25,914 nt of DNA from Chitinispirillaceae bacterium (GCA_036260705.1 DATAMG010000066.1:1-25914); one strand, 5' to 3'. Counted from the stretch's first letter, positions 1 to 10,300 are shown. Translations and numbers: made by a program. Notes: generated by a model from the letters alone, not told the origin.

Positions 1-44
1 TGATCATTTTGATTATCATATCTGGTGATAATTTTTTTTACTGT
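1..44. repeat. Window-edge copy of a 44-bp direct repeat (partner at 839-882)
   Basis: Bases 1-39 are identical to 839-877 (tgatcattttgattatcatatctggtgataatttttttt). Position 40 differs from 878 (a vs g), and 41-44 equal 879-882 (ctgt). The two copies lie in different reading frames of the same minus-strand ORF. Confidence 0.9.
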
Positions 45-1959
45 CCTGATCATTTGAAGCGGATTGGCTATCAAGGTCATTGAATGTAACATCGAAGTCA
101 GACATTTCAGAAACAGATACAGGTAAGAAACCCGGTGTAGAGGAGACTCGTATTCCCTGCGAATTTACTCCACTAATTATCAGTTCGAAGAAACCACATT
201 TAAGTGATTGATTTTTATTTTTAATCTCGCAATTAATCTGGTTGAAGCCCGTGGTGATTTCGCCGGTGGTGGTTACATCGTGAACATTGGAGAGAGTTAG
301 CGGTAAGATAATACCACCCAAAGAATTCGTATCACGATTGGTGTTATTGATAAGCTTGCAGTATTCGATTCTACAATCTGATAGAGGTGAATCAGAGTCC
401 AGTATAAAAGAAATTTGTTCCGGTGAGTTTTCTGTAATGTAATTTACAGGCAAGATTCTTGCTCTTGTTGAATTTGCATTACGATTAGAAGGGATTGCGC
501 CGATATCTGCAATGCTTCCGTCGGCATCACGAACTCCAGACGCAGCCCAGCCTTGATCAACTACAAAACGGTTCATCAGCGAATCGTTCCAATCTGGTAT
601 AAGGAAGTCATTGCTGGATGGATCTGTGGATTTGAATATTGGTTCCAGCCATCGGACATTTGCTCCGGATGGGAATGGTTTTTCTGCTGAAGACAGTATT
701 TTATTTCCAGGCAATTTTTCATTTGCCAGGACTGTGTCAAAATCACCATAGTAAAGGTGCAGATCTGTATTTTCAATCTGATCCATCTGGTTCATGATAC
801 GCGGTAAAAAAGAGGTGATTGTATCAAGAATGACAGTCTGATCATTTTGATTATCATATCTGGTGATAATTTTTTTTGCTGTTTTCAGAGCTGTAGTCTG
901 ACAGGCAAATAAACAGCTGAATGTTCTGTTTACATAAACCGGATCTGCAGCAAGGAATGAGTTTGCGAACAATCTATCATCAGACCAATACCTGAATGGC
1001 TTTGCGTAAAGATTATTGAAGATCAGATAGTGAGAACCAGGTCTCCATCCGGCAACCAGCAATAAAAAATTATTATAAAAAGTATTATTGTAAATAGCTA
1101 AAGGAGTTTTTTGGCTGTTTTTAAAATAGATCGCACCGCCGGGCAGGTTTAAACCTTCAGATGTAAGCGTTTTAACAAGCTCAGCAGCTGCATCGGTCTG
1201 GTGATGGTTCTCATAAAACAGGTTTTGGCGTATAACAGTACTGAAATCACTTTCATTTTCCAGAAATAAACCATAGGTGTTGTGGTGTATCCGGTTATTC
1301 TCAATCAGGTTATTACCTGTATACCCGATTGCAGCTTCCATAGGTGATGTGGATAATAGATCAATGCTACCGGAAGATGTCCGCACAAATCCATCGATAT
1401 ATATGCCATAAAATGCATTAGCAATATCACAACCGTCGATTATTACGTTACAGGATTGAAAAAGAACAATCGCCGTGTTACCGCTTTGCATCGGCCATCT
1501 GCATGATTCCAAATCACTCCAGACAGCGGGATAACCGAATGGATAGATTTCTTTGCCATTGATACTAATGTCTTTGACAACAATATTTGCCGATTCCATT
1601 ATTCGTAGTGCACCATTTTTGAAAAAAGTGATATTTGCCGTATCCTGTGCTTCTGAGCAATTCTTCGGCCCGACATTCAATTTGTCGGTATATGTAATGG
1701 ATGGTTTGGTTACCAGAGCAGGATCACTCATCAGAACGATATTCCTCTTCGATTTGAGCGTCACGCATTCCTCGTAGATATTGGAATCTTTAATGATGAT
1801 TGTGTCATTTTCTACAGCAGCATCAACTGCACTCTGAATGGTATTATAAATAGCTGTACCACCTTTCGAAACGGTAATTGTGGCAGCTTGCAATGATGCA
1901 GCTATGCCTGCAATAACAATACCATACAAAGATCTGTATCGTATTGACTTATTACACAT
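16..1959 (-). CDS. Secreted right-handed parallel beta-helix (pectin-lyase-fold, PbH1-type repeat) protein
   Basis: 647-aa ORF with a signal-like N-terminus (LYGIVIAGIAASLQA). It has successive beta-helix-turn motifs (NIVVKDISINGKE, CNVIIDGCDIANAFYGIYIDG, NNLIENNRIHHNTYGLFLEN, IRQNLFYENHH). AAGGAGG lies 5 nt upstream of the ATG at 1959. The last ~13 codons and the stop lie inside the window-edge repeat, so the true C-terminus is uncertain. Confidence 0.75.
   Translation of the reverse strand: MCNKSIRYRSLYGIVIAGIAASLQAATITVSKGGTAIYNTIQSAVDAAVENDTIIIKDSNIYEECVTLKSKRNIVLMSDPALVTKPSITYTDKLNVGPKNCSEAQDTANITFFKNGALRIMESANIVVKDISINGKEIYPFGYPAVWSDLESCRWPMQSGNTAIVLFQSCNVIIDGCDIANAFYGIYIDGFVRTSSGSIDLLSTSPMEAAIGYTGNNLIENNRIHHNTYGLFLENESDFSTVIRQNLFYENHHQTDAAAELVKTLTSEGLNLPGGAIYFKNSQKTPLAIYNNTFYNNFLLLVAGWRPGSHYLIFNNLYAKPFRYWSDDRLFANSFLAADPVYVNRTFSCLFACQTTALKTAKKIITRYDNQNDQTVILDTITSFLPRIMNQMDQIENTDLHLYYGDFDTVLANEKLPGNKILSSAEKPFPSGANVRWLEPIFKSTDPSSNDFLIPDWNDSLMNRFVVDQGWAASGVRDADGSIADIGAIPSNRNANSTRARILPVNYITENSPEQISFILDSDSPLSDCRIEYCKLINNTNRDTNSLGGIILPLTLSNVHDVTTTGEITTGFNQINCEIKNKNQSLKCGFFELIISGVNSQGIRVSSTPGFLPVSVSEMSDFDVTFNDLDSQSASNDQDSKKNYHQI
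839..882. repeat. Internal copy of the 44-bp direct repeat (partner at 1-44)
   Basis: Same comparison as above. This copy encodes AKKIITRYDNQNDQ within the 647-aa ORF. Confidence 0.9.
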
Positions 1960-2002
1960 AAAAACCTCCTTGGAAGGGAGAGGGTGAATTTGGTTCTATA
2001 AT

Positions 2003-2902
2003 CTATCGATCGATAATTTCAATCAAAACAGGATCTGACCACGCCAGGTACTGTCCATGGAATAACACCTGTGATTGAACAGGGTAAATACCTTTCTTAG
2101 TCCAGACATGGATCAATTTATTATCAAATGTCCAATTGGAAATACTGCCATCACCCCACGAAATCCTGTACGACCAGTTTCCATCAATCCTAAGAGCAGG
2201 ATCAACAATTGATAAAGAAAAAGTGTCGTTTACATGCCCCTGAGGACATGTCAGTATGGACTCTCCTTTTACACAGAAAGGTTTAGGAGAACGGGACGGG
2301 AGAATGAGCGTATTTCCTGGTATTATTTCAATACAAAGGTATTCTTTACCAAGATCAATCGTTTTGCCGGTTGTGGGATCGTATCCTTTAATCTGAATTA
2401 TTCCCTTTGGAACTTCAGTAAAAACCATGGCTGTTGGTTTATCGATAAAACTGTACTTTCTCAGTCCAGGAAAAAAGATCACACTTCCTTGCGGAAGATT
2501 TAATGAATCGGTTTCCATATATATGCTTCCGAAGGCATCGGCAATGATGACATCTGTGATTAAAATAGTGTCATCCACCTGGCATTTTTGTGTAAACCCG
2601 ATTTCACTGTATTCACTTTTGCCGGAGATGGTATAATTTCCCGAAAAAACGCTGTCAAATGAAAAAGCTCCATTTTCGTCTGTTGTTGTTGTATACAATA
2701 ATGCACTGGAGCTATCTGTCAGATGATTGTAATTGTCAGGAATGAGCTCAACTGTGGCATTTGGTAACGGATCGCCATAACGATCTTTGATAATCCCTGC
2801 CACCCGCGAGTTTCCGTGGTCGCTGCTTCCTCCACTCAGAGGATCTGTTCCGCAGCCGTAAAAAAGTGATATGCATAAAGCGATCAATACAACATTTTTC
2901 AT
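2003..2902 (-). CDS. Lipoprotein with carboxypeptidase-regulatory-like (CarboxypepD_reg) and PKD-like domains
   Basis: Lipobox LFYGC follows a hydrophobic leader (MKNVVLIALCISLFYGCG). The segment AGIIKDRYGDPLPNATVELIP...TTTDENGAFSFDSVFSGNYTISGK is typical of the CarboxypepD_reg fold. C-terminal YRISWGDGS...HVWTKKGIYPV matches the PKD WGDG signature. Its ATG overlaps the upstream gene's stop as ATGA. Confidence 0.8.
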   Translation of the reverse strand: MKNVVLIALCISLFYGCGTDPLSGGSSDHGNSRVAGIIKDRYGDPLPNATVELIPDNYNHLTDSSSALLYTTTTDENGAFSFDSVFSGNYTISGKSEYSEIGFTQKCQVDDTILITDVIIADAFGSIYMETDSLNLPQGSVIFFPGLRKYSFIDKPTAMVFTEVPKGIIQIKGYDPTTGKTIDLGKEYLCIEIIPGNTLILPSRSPKPFCVKGESILTCPQGHVNDTFSLSIVDPALRIDGNWSYRISWGDGSISNWTFDNKLIHVWTKKGIYPVQSQVLFHGQYLAWSDPVLIEIIDR

Positions 2903-3735
2903 GTATTTTTTTCTCCGGGATTATCAGATAATGGAAACAGGTGAAGATTAACATTGTAAACACGATCGCTGTCTTTATCATCATTGACAATACGTCTGAT
3001 TCGATCCTTGAACTCCTCAAATTCCTGCTCGATCTGCTTGTAAGCGTTTTGAGAAATACCGATTGTCATACTGGAGATGTAACGTTTGTCCGGAGAATGT
3101 TTTTCAACAGCTTCGGATGCCATCTCCGCGAAGGCTTTATTGAGACTTCTGACACCTGAGGCATGTACATGATTACCGCTGGTGATAACCGGGGTACTTT
3201 GCCTGTAATTACCTTGTCCATCTTTTTCAATGAATCCCAGGCGAAGCAGCATCATGACACTTTCTCTGGCTTGACTTTCTTTTAATGTGGGATTGACACA
3301 AGAAGCCAGAAACCTGTAATCTTCATTCCATTTGATTAAGCAGGCCAGCTCTCTAAGTACCGGATTGTACCACCTTGAGTAATATTCATAGTGCTCAGCC
3401 GGAATGACTTCTTTGTGTACTTTATCTCTGAATTTCTTGAGTTCTGTGGTATAAACGTCGCGTTCTTTTGGATCCTGTGCCTGATTAAGATGCACCAGAA
3501 CCGTGAAAAACGCTGCATCACTGTCAGTAAGACCCAGCCCCTTAATAAACAGGGGGATGGTTTTATCGGTTAGGTTGCGGCTGCCTTTGACCACTTCAGA
3601 AAAAAGCGAGGGAGATTTTATTCCGGCTTTCTGACAGAAATACCGGTTGGAGAAGAATTGAAACCTGGCTTTTCGGTCTTCAAACCAATCACTGAGAAAA
3701 TCCCGGTAATTGTCATAATGTTCGATTCGATTCAT
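2899..3735 (-). CDS. TIGR02147-family protein (putative HTH DNA-binding protein, Fibrobacter/Bdellovibrio paralogous family)
   Basis: The N-terminus YDNYRDFLSDWFEDRKARFQFFSNRYFCQKAGIKSPSLFSEVVKGSRNLT...GLGLTDSDAAFF matches the pattern I recall for TIGR02147 (YR-FL-D-Y-ERK...S-R-F...G-RNL). Size of 278 aa is typical. The stop is coupled (ATGA) to the downstream lipoprotein gene. Confidence 0.75.
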   Translation of the reverse strand: MNRIEHYDNYRDFLSDWFEDRKARFQFFSNRYFCQKAGIKSPSLFSEVVKGSRNLTDKTIPLFIKGLGLTDSDAAFFTVLVHLNQAQDPKERDVYTTELKKFRDKVHKEVIPAEHYEYYSRWYNPVLRELACLIKWNEDYRFLASCVNPTLKESQARESVMMLLRLGFIEKDGQGNYRQSTPVITSGNHVHASGVRSLNKAFAEMASEAVEKHSPDKRYISSMTIGISQNAYKQIEQEFEEFKDRIRRIVNDDKDSDRVYNVNLHLFPLSDNPGEKNT

Positions 3736-3926
3736 AGTTTTAACATACCTTATAATTTTACCAAATGCAACCGGAAGGCAGTTTTTTCGTATTCATTATG
3801 AGTACAATTATTAGCACAAAAACATATAAAAGGAGCGAAAATTTATTTAAATGAATAAAATATTGGATACAGTCGGGGTAACATGCATCAATAAATTTCC
3901 GCAGATCAGAGAGGGCTGCTTTTTTG

Positions 3927-6596
3927 TCAGTCTTGCCGCAATTCTTCCATAACAACCCTCAGGCCTTCCACTATTTTCTGCTCTTCAGAAAGACGCCCTT
4001 TTTCCACCCTTTTTTCTAATTCGGCAGTAGTTACCGGCATTCCGAAAGTAACATCTATACGACATGGGTGTATCATGGCTTCACCCACCGGAAGAGCTCG
4101 TTGTGTTCCCTCAATAATTACCGGAACTATCATAACCGGATGATGTTGCAGCAAAAATCCCAATCCGCGGTGGAACGGAAGAAATCCATTGCCATGCCCC
4201 AGACGCCCTTCCGGATACCAGATATAATTACGCTTTTGATTCAGTACTGCCGCAGAAATCGCCATATCACCCATAGCACTCATACTGTGAGTTATTGGTA
4301 CAGCTCCGGCAAGTCTGCTGACAAAACTGAATACCGGATTGCGGAATGCAACCTCCATTGCACCAGCCCAGCTACAGCGCCGCAAAAAGGGGTAGGGAAG
4401 TACTGCCGCAATGACAAACGAGTCAATATAACTCAAATGATTAGGGGTTATTATTATCTGTTGCCTGGTCAGTACATTTTTTAATCCATGAACACTGATT
4501 TTAAATATTGTATGCATGAAAATCCAGTTAAGGCAATAAAGAGCCGCACTTATTAATTCCAGGAAACCCCCTTTTGGCCGAAGGTATTTTTTCTGATTTG
4601 CATCAAGAAGTGATACCGGATTTATAAAAGGATCTTCATGATGCGAAAAAATACCGGCTTCTTTTTTAGAAACCGTTATTGTTATTAAATCCCTGATAGT
4701 CTCGATTTTTCTAATCGCCTGTTCATCGATCTCTATTCCGGTACGGTCGCGAATATCCAATGTAATTTCCAGCCATCCAAGCGAATCGATACCCAAGTCA
4801 AGTTGTGGTGATGTATCCAGGGTAAGAGAATAATCAGGGTAATAATGAACAAGTCTTTCCCATACCTGATTGGCAACAGGGTGCAGAAGCAGATTTCTAT
4901 CCTTTACAGACATGGATGCGATTGACTGCGGCTTATATTGGCCATGTTTATGATCTGTTAAAGTTTTCGCTTTGATATAATGATCATACAGCAAATGACG
5001 TCTGATCTTTCCCAGTCTTGTGCGCGGTATTTTTTCCCGAGTCATCACATACTCAGTAATACGTTTATAGGAAGGCAGAGACCTGTTCTGTTCATTAACT
5101 GCCCATCGAACCGCTTCAGGCACACTCATACCGCTTTCTGAAATAACCTGGAAATCCGGTATAATTACAGCTGTCAATTTGTGATCTGCCTTTAAGACAC
5201 CTGCCTCACTGATATAAGGACTCTTTTCATACCAAGCCTCCACTTCATCCGGTTGGATATTTTCTCCACTATCTGTGATAATAAGAGTAGATAATCTTCC
5301 AGTGATGAAAAGATCTCCGTTTTTATTGAGATATCCTGAATCTCCGGTTCGCAACCATCCGTCTTTTGTAAACATTTCTGCAGTTTCTTTTTGCAGATTT
5401 CTATATCCTTGAAATACACCGGGTCCCCTTGCCTGAATTTCTCCAATATTGCTGTTTTTATTATGGGGCATCGTTTTATCGATTCTCAAATCAACTCCAA
5501 TTACTGCTCTTCCAGCACTTGCCGGAACCGTTCTTGCAGGAGAACTGAGAGTCAATAATGGCGCAGTTTCAGTCAGGCCATAACCGACACTTATCTGCCA
5601 ACCCAGGACAGCAAGACCATTGAAAAGGCTTTCAGGAAGAGCCGCCCCACCTGAAGCAAGTAACCGGAGATGAGATCCGATTTTGTTCCGGACTGGTTTG
5701 AGTAATACCACACCTGCCCTGATTCTGGTGTGCTTCCATATAAATGTGGAAAGGTTAAGTGCTAAATGTGCCAATAAAGCGCCTGAACCTTTTTGCGTTT
5801 TAATAGAGCGGAGTATGCCGTCGTAAAGGGCCTGATACAGACGTGGTACACCGATTATCACAGTGGCATCACCTTCTTTAATGGCGCGGATCAGTTGTGG
5901 ACCGGTTACCGAGTAGGGTAAAATGATAGTAAGTCCCAGAAAAAGTGCAGTCAGTAATCCAATTACCAGAGGATATACATGGTGAAAAGGAAGTGGTAGC
6001 AAAATTCTATCATTTTTTCTGATTATATGTGCTTCATTCACTGCAGCAAATTGATATGAAATTGCCCTGTTATTTTGAGGTACGCCCTTTGGAGCACCTG
6101 TTGTTCCTGATGTGTAAAACAGAATCGCAATATCTTCCGGTTTCAGATCCGGTAAAACAACATCTTCTTTGGAAAGTAGGCTTACATTTGACAAATTAAT
6201 CAATTCCGGTTTATTTTTCAAATCAGTTTCTTTTATTTTCTCCATTACTTCATCATCAGCAATTAAAAGCCGCGGAGAACTATCTTTGAGTATATGGATC
6301 AATGATTTCCCGTTTATTTGGTGATCGATAGGAACGAGTGTTGCGCCTGTTCGTATTATCCCAAGTGCAGCAATGACTGCATCGATAGATGGGTTTGCCA
6401 TAAGAGCGATCCGTTCACCAGAGCTGATTCCTGAACTTATCAAACCTCGTGCTACTGATGCTGTTTTAGAATTAAGAATGCTGAAAGAGAGTCTGGTGAT
6501 CGTACTGCTTTTGCTGAACTGGATCAGGGCGGTTTCAGGCCCGTGGTGTTTTAAGGAATCGAAAAGGGATTGAAGCGAATCGGATTTGTTTTTCAT
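3927..6596 (-). CDS. Tri-domain enzyme: AMP-dependent acyl synthetase/ligase, carrier (phosphopantetheine-attachment) domain, and PlsC-type lysophospholipid acyltransferase
   Basis: Adenylation motifs YTSGTTGAPKGV (nt 6084-6116), GYGLTETAP, TGDSGYLNKNGDLFITGR and PRTRLGKIRR are present. There is a carrier-like LDLGIDSLGWLEI with Ser605 at nt 4782-4784. Acyltransferase motifs are HX4D (NHLSYID, His720 at nt 4437-4439) and YPEGRLG. GGAGG lies 4 nt upstream of the ATG. Confidence 0.9.
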   Translation of the reverse strand: MKNKSDSLQSLFDSLKHHGPETALIQFSKSSTITRLSFSILNSKTASVARGLISSGISSGERIALMANPSIDAVIAALGIIRTGATLVPIDHQINGKSLIHILKDSSPRLLIADDEVMEKIKETDLKNKPELINLSNVSLLSKEDVVLPDLKPEDIAILFYTSGTTGAPKGVPQNNRAISYQFAAVNEAHIIRKNDRILLPLPFHHVYPLVIGLLTALFLGLTIILPYSVTGPQLIRAIKEGDATVIIGVPRLYQALYDGILRSIKTQKGSGALLAHLALNLSTFIWKHTRIRAGVVLLKPVRNKIGSHLRLLASGGAALPESLFNGLAVLGWQISVGYGLTETAPLLTLSSPARTVPASAGRAVIGVDLRIDKTMPHNKNSNIGEIQARGPGVFQGYRNLQKETAEMFTKDGWLRTGDSGYLNKNGDLFITGRLSTLIITDSGENIQPDEVEAWYEKSPYISEAGVLKADHKLTAVIIPDFQVISESGMSVPEAVRWAVNEQNRSLPSYKRITEYVMTREKIPRTRLGKIRRHLLYDHYIKAKTLTDHKHGQYKPQSIASMSVKDRNLLLHPVANQVWERLVHYYPDYSLTLDTSPQLDLGIDSLGWLEITLDIRDRTGIEIDEQAIRKIETIRDLITITVSKKEAGIFSHHEDPFINPVSLLDANQKKYLRPKGGFLELISAALYCLNWIFMHTIFKISVHGLKNVLTRQQIIITPNHLSYIDSFVIAAVLPYPFLRRCSWAGAMEVAFRNPVFSFVSRLAGAVPITHSMSAMGDMAISAAVLNQKRNYIWYPEGRLGHGNGFLPFHRGLGFLLQHHPVMIVPVIIEGTQRALPVGEAMIHPCRIDVTFGMPVTTAELEKRVEKGRLSEEQKIVEGLRVVMEELRQD

Positions 6597-6758
6597 CTTA
6601 CCTCCGAAGCAGTAGCTGAAATTAAACTGATTCAGAAGGACCAGAAAGCAAGATTTGTGACAGGGGAAAAAGGGGGTACGGTTCGGCAGACCCGGTACGA
6701 GCCCGCCGAAGCCGAATTGCGAAAAAGTCTGAGTTATTCCATAACGTTTATCGGGACT

Positions 6759-7224
6759 CTATGGACATTTGACGAAAGAGTTCTGGTCAATTTTATGACC
6801 AAGACCCAATTCGCCTTGACGGTTATTTCCGGTTGCCCAAACGTTTCCCCAGCTCACGAGCATACTATGACAACCTCCACTTGCTATTGCCGTGGTATTT
6901 CCGTAAACAGTCTTTGTAAACAGGTTACAATTATTATTATGACCAAGACCCAATTGGCCGTGCCAGTTATCTCCTGTTGCCCAGACTTCGAAGTTACTCA
7001 AGAGCAAACTATGGTCGGTTCCGGCTTTTTTTATCGCCAAGGCCCAATTCGCCGTTGCTGTTTCCTCCGGTCGCAAAAAGGCTTCCGCCTTTTACCAATG
7101 CTAAGGTATGCCCCCCACCACAAGCGATGGCGATCACATCCCGGCGAATATCGTTTTCGTCGTTGGTAAACAAAACATCCGCGAATAGACATTTCTGAGG
7201 ATACCAACCGGAGTTATCTCCGGA
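6759..7224 (-). pseudogene. Decayed RCC1-repeat (beta-propeller) gene remnant, frameshifted and lacking a start
   Basis: Two minus-strand frames carry RCC1 signatures. One reads DVIAIACGGGHTLALVKGGSLFATGGNSNGELGLGD and ends at a stop just after an A7 run (T7 on the plus strand, 7026-7032). The other reads KKAGTDHSLLLSNFEVWATGDNWHGQLGLGH...ASGGCHSMLVSWGNVWATGNNRQGELGLGH. The DNA-level unit atgaccaagacccaattc/gcc recurs at 6795 and 6939 (144 nt apart), then at 7033 (94 nt, not a multiple of 3). The upstream frame has no ATG back to the stop at 7225-7227. Confidence 0.6.
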
Positions 7225-7228
7225 TTAT

Positions 7229-7275
7229 GCTCAGGCTCAGCGGACCTGAGCTGAGGGTCGATTTTTAATCGACCC
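7229..7275 (-). terminator. Tandem hairpins downstream of the 1380-aa gene (possible terminator)
   Basis: One hairpin has an 8-bp stem, gggtcgat/atcgaccc, with a 5-nt loop at 7255-7275, 27 nt past the stop. A second has a 6-bp stem, gctcag/ctgagc, at 7235-7251. No U-run follows either, so this is not a canonical intrinsic terminator. Confidence 0.35.
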
Positions 7276-7301
7276 CCGATGTAAAAGACCGGCTATGACT
7301 T

Positions 7302-10300
7302 TTACTGACCGAATACTCTGAACTCGTATAAGCTGGGACTATCGCTGCCCGGTGTTCCATTAATTGTGATGCGAACATAACGGGCGGTGGTGGTACTGAA
7401 ACCATACCGTTGTGTTTGACGTGTATCCCAGTTGGGGTTCTGGTTTACCTGGGTTGTCCAGTTGACATTGTTGGGAGATGTTTCAACCTTGAAATCGTAG
7501 CAGTCTCCAGATGTGCCAACGGAGGCGAACATCATTTCAACCTCGTTCAGGGTACGCTGTGATCCCAGGTCAACCTTCACCCATTGAGGAAATGTTGTGG
7601 ATGATGCTTCCCAACGAGTTGTTGTGTTGTCATCACACACATTTGCAGCGGAATAGGGCCCGCCTACTTCACTTGATGCGGTAACGGTCTTACCCAGAGA
7701 AAGATTGCCGTATCCGCCATTGGGTGTGGTTGCGGATGCGGTATTGGACCAATCGGAAGTTTCTGATCCTTTAAAGGCATTTACCCTGTACCAATAGGTA
7801 ACCCCACCAGTCAATTGGGCATCGGTGTAAGTTCTGGCATTTGCACCTGCAGTGGCAATCTGAGACCATGGTCCGCTTGATCCCAATGATCTTTCAATGG
7901 TGAATCCGTTTTGATTAGACCCATTGTAACTCCATGCGAGGTTTATCTGATTTGGCGCCACGGCGGTAGCGGTAAGATTTGATGGAGACTGCACTTCGGA
8001 AGAATAAAATTCCATTTCAGCGATGTTGCAATTGCTGCCATCCGGGCCCAGATAGCGGACCCAACGGTATGCCTTTGAATTGGAAATGGTCACTTCATGC
8101 CACTGGTCGTGAGAAGTATTGGAAAGAGTGTAAAGATCTTCGAAATCGCTGCTGTTTGATGTTTTACCCTGGAACTTTCCACCATCCATTCTCGATTCCA
8201 AATCATGAGGTGGATAATACCGGATTTTTGAGATGACCTTCGCGGTTCCAAAATCCAAACCAGTATAACCTCCATCGGCAAACTTGTAATCGTAAAAGGT
8301 GGCAGTGTTTCCATCGATTGCGTTACAATATTCAGATCCGGAGTAATTTGCCGGGCCCGCTCCGAATGCAGTACCATGGAGGCCATTTCCTCCCCCTTGA
8401 GCTCCTGAGCAGGGATCTTCAACAAAGTTAGCTACGATTTTGTGGTTTGTGGTAATATCGTTGAATGTGTAGGAGGATACTCCCGGTTGATCTTTATCGT
8501 CAATCGAAAGGTAACAGGAATAACCGTTTTGAGGAGTAATCGAATAGGTTGCGCTTGAGCCGATACTGTAAGTTCTGATTCCACTGGGAGTAATAGAACC
8601 ATTGGACCCGGCTTGCGAGGTAATGGTGCACTCAGAGGGAACCTGCATGGAAGTATTGGTAAGAGTTATATAATCAAGATTGATGCAATTCCAGCTCGAA
8701 GCCGTTGATTTGTATTCAATAGAGTTGAGTCCGGCTTTTAGTGTCACAATTTCCGTATCATTTGCCCAGGAGTCCCAATTGGCAGTACCTGAGCAGGTAA
8801 TATCCTTTACGGGAATCCCATTTACAGAGAGTCTGGTATTGGCACTTTCACCGTTACCTGCTGAATAACGCAGCATTATTTCATAGTTGCCGTCAAAAGG
8901 TACATTAACGGTAAAGTTCACCGCTGCCGAGGCGTTGTAGAAAAAGCCGTCGACGAATCCCGTTCCTGAATACCCGCTGTGATTATTATTACTGTTTGCT
9001 CCGCCCGAAAGCGCAGCATCTTCGGCTTCATAGAAGTCTGTCGGTGATGAAATACCTACAAGATCGGAGCAGGAATAAGCATTATCAGGCTCTCCAAACT
9101 TATGATTTTTAATTGTCCGTACGAATACCCGGATATTAGAATTATCAGGATTGATCGTCAGGGTGACCGAATTCTTGGGGTACTCGACAGATGTACAGCT
9201 CCATTCTCCACCAACGGCTTTGTAGAAAATCTGCGTATGGTCACACACATCACTTCCGCGAAATTGCCAGTTCAGTGCAGCCTGGTTGGAGCCGCTCTTG
9301 CTTACGACCAATTCTGCCGGTCGAACATTAATCGGATTGGTTAGAGAAGCAGGTGTTTTGAGATCAATGACATTCGACGATGCTTTGTCTATTTCATTTG
9401 CGGCACTCAAGCTTATTCCATAAGTCGAATTTGTAGGCAGATCCATACCCTTGGAGTAGGATTTGATTCTGCGACGCGGATACTCTTTAAACGGGCCATT
9501 GTACCAGTAGGTGCCATCGGGAAACTTCATCGCTGCCTGGAAAACAAACCCTAGTTCGTTTTCGTAACCAATAGCAAATTCACATTTCATCGAATAGGGA
9601 TTACCATTGAGGTAGGCACTTTTAAGGTCAGGCGCATAGAGGTTGCTTAAGGGCATCACAGAAACGGTGTCGGAGTTGGCACGCTGACCGAATTCGTTGA
9701 TAGCTGCGACTGTGTAATAATATGTGGTATTATTCATGATGTTACTGTCAAGAAAGGTTGTATGGGGTGTGTTGATGATTGTTACGAACGGACCATTGGA
9801 ACTGGTCGACCGTTTGAGGTTATACGATACCCCTGTTTCCGGCACTATGGACCAGGAAAGGTTTGCACTGTTTGAGCCCGCGATTGGGGTATATAGCTCA
9901 GGAGTGGCTGGAGGCAGAGTGTCATTATTGGATGTTAATGTTGTGGCTGAATCGATCAGTGAATAGCCGCTGGACAGGCCGTCTTTTTCAAAGGCTATAC
10001 GATACTTATACCTAGTGCCTTCACTCAGGTTCTCATCCAAATATTCAGTGCCAGAAATTCTATTTGTTGTGATATCAGCAAACCCGGCCCGTTTTGCTTT
10101 AGAAGTAAAATTCGTACTTCGCTGGATACGGTATCCGTTAGCGCCCGGACATGGATCCCAGGAGAGTCGAATCTGAGAATGTGAAATCGCGGCAGCTTTA
10201 AAATTCTGTGGAACTTGTGCTTTGTAAATTGTTGGCAGGTTGAGCGCGACCTCTGGACATCCATACAGCATAGTCCATTGCACGTTACTTGTTTGTTGCT

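Noticed and set aside
3758-3955. 65-aa minus-strand ORF between the TIGR02147 gene and the 889-aa gene
   Set aside because: It overlaps the 3' end of the 889-aa gene and lies in an AT-rich promoter-like spacer. There is no RBS or motif.
6570-7169. 199-aa plus-strand track ORF
   Set aside because: It is antisense to clear RCC1-repeat coding signal on the minus strand. Its product is low-complexity and Arg/Cys-rich with no recognisable motif, and its start overlaps the 5' end of the 889-aa gene.
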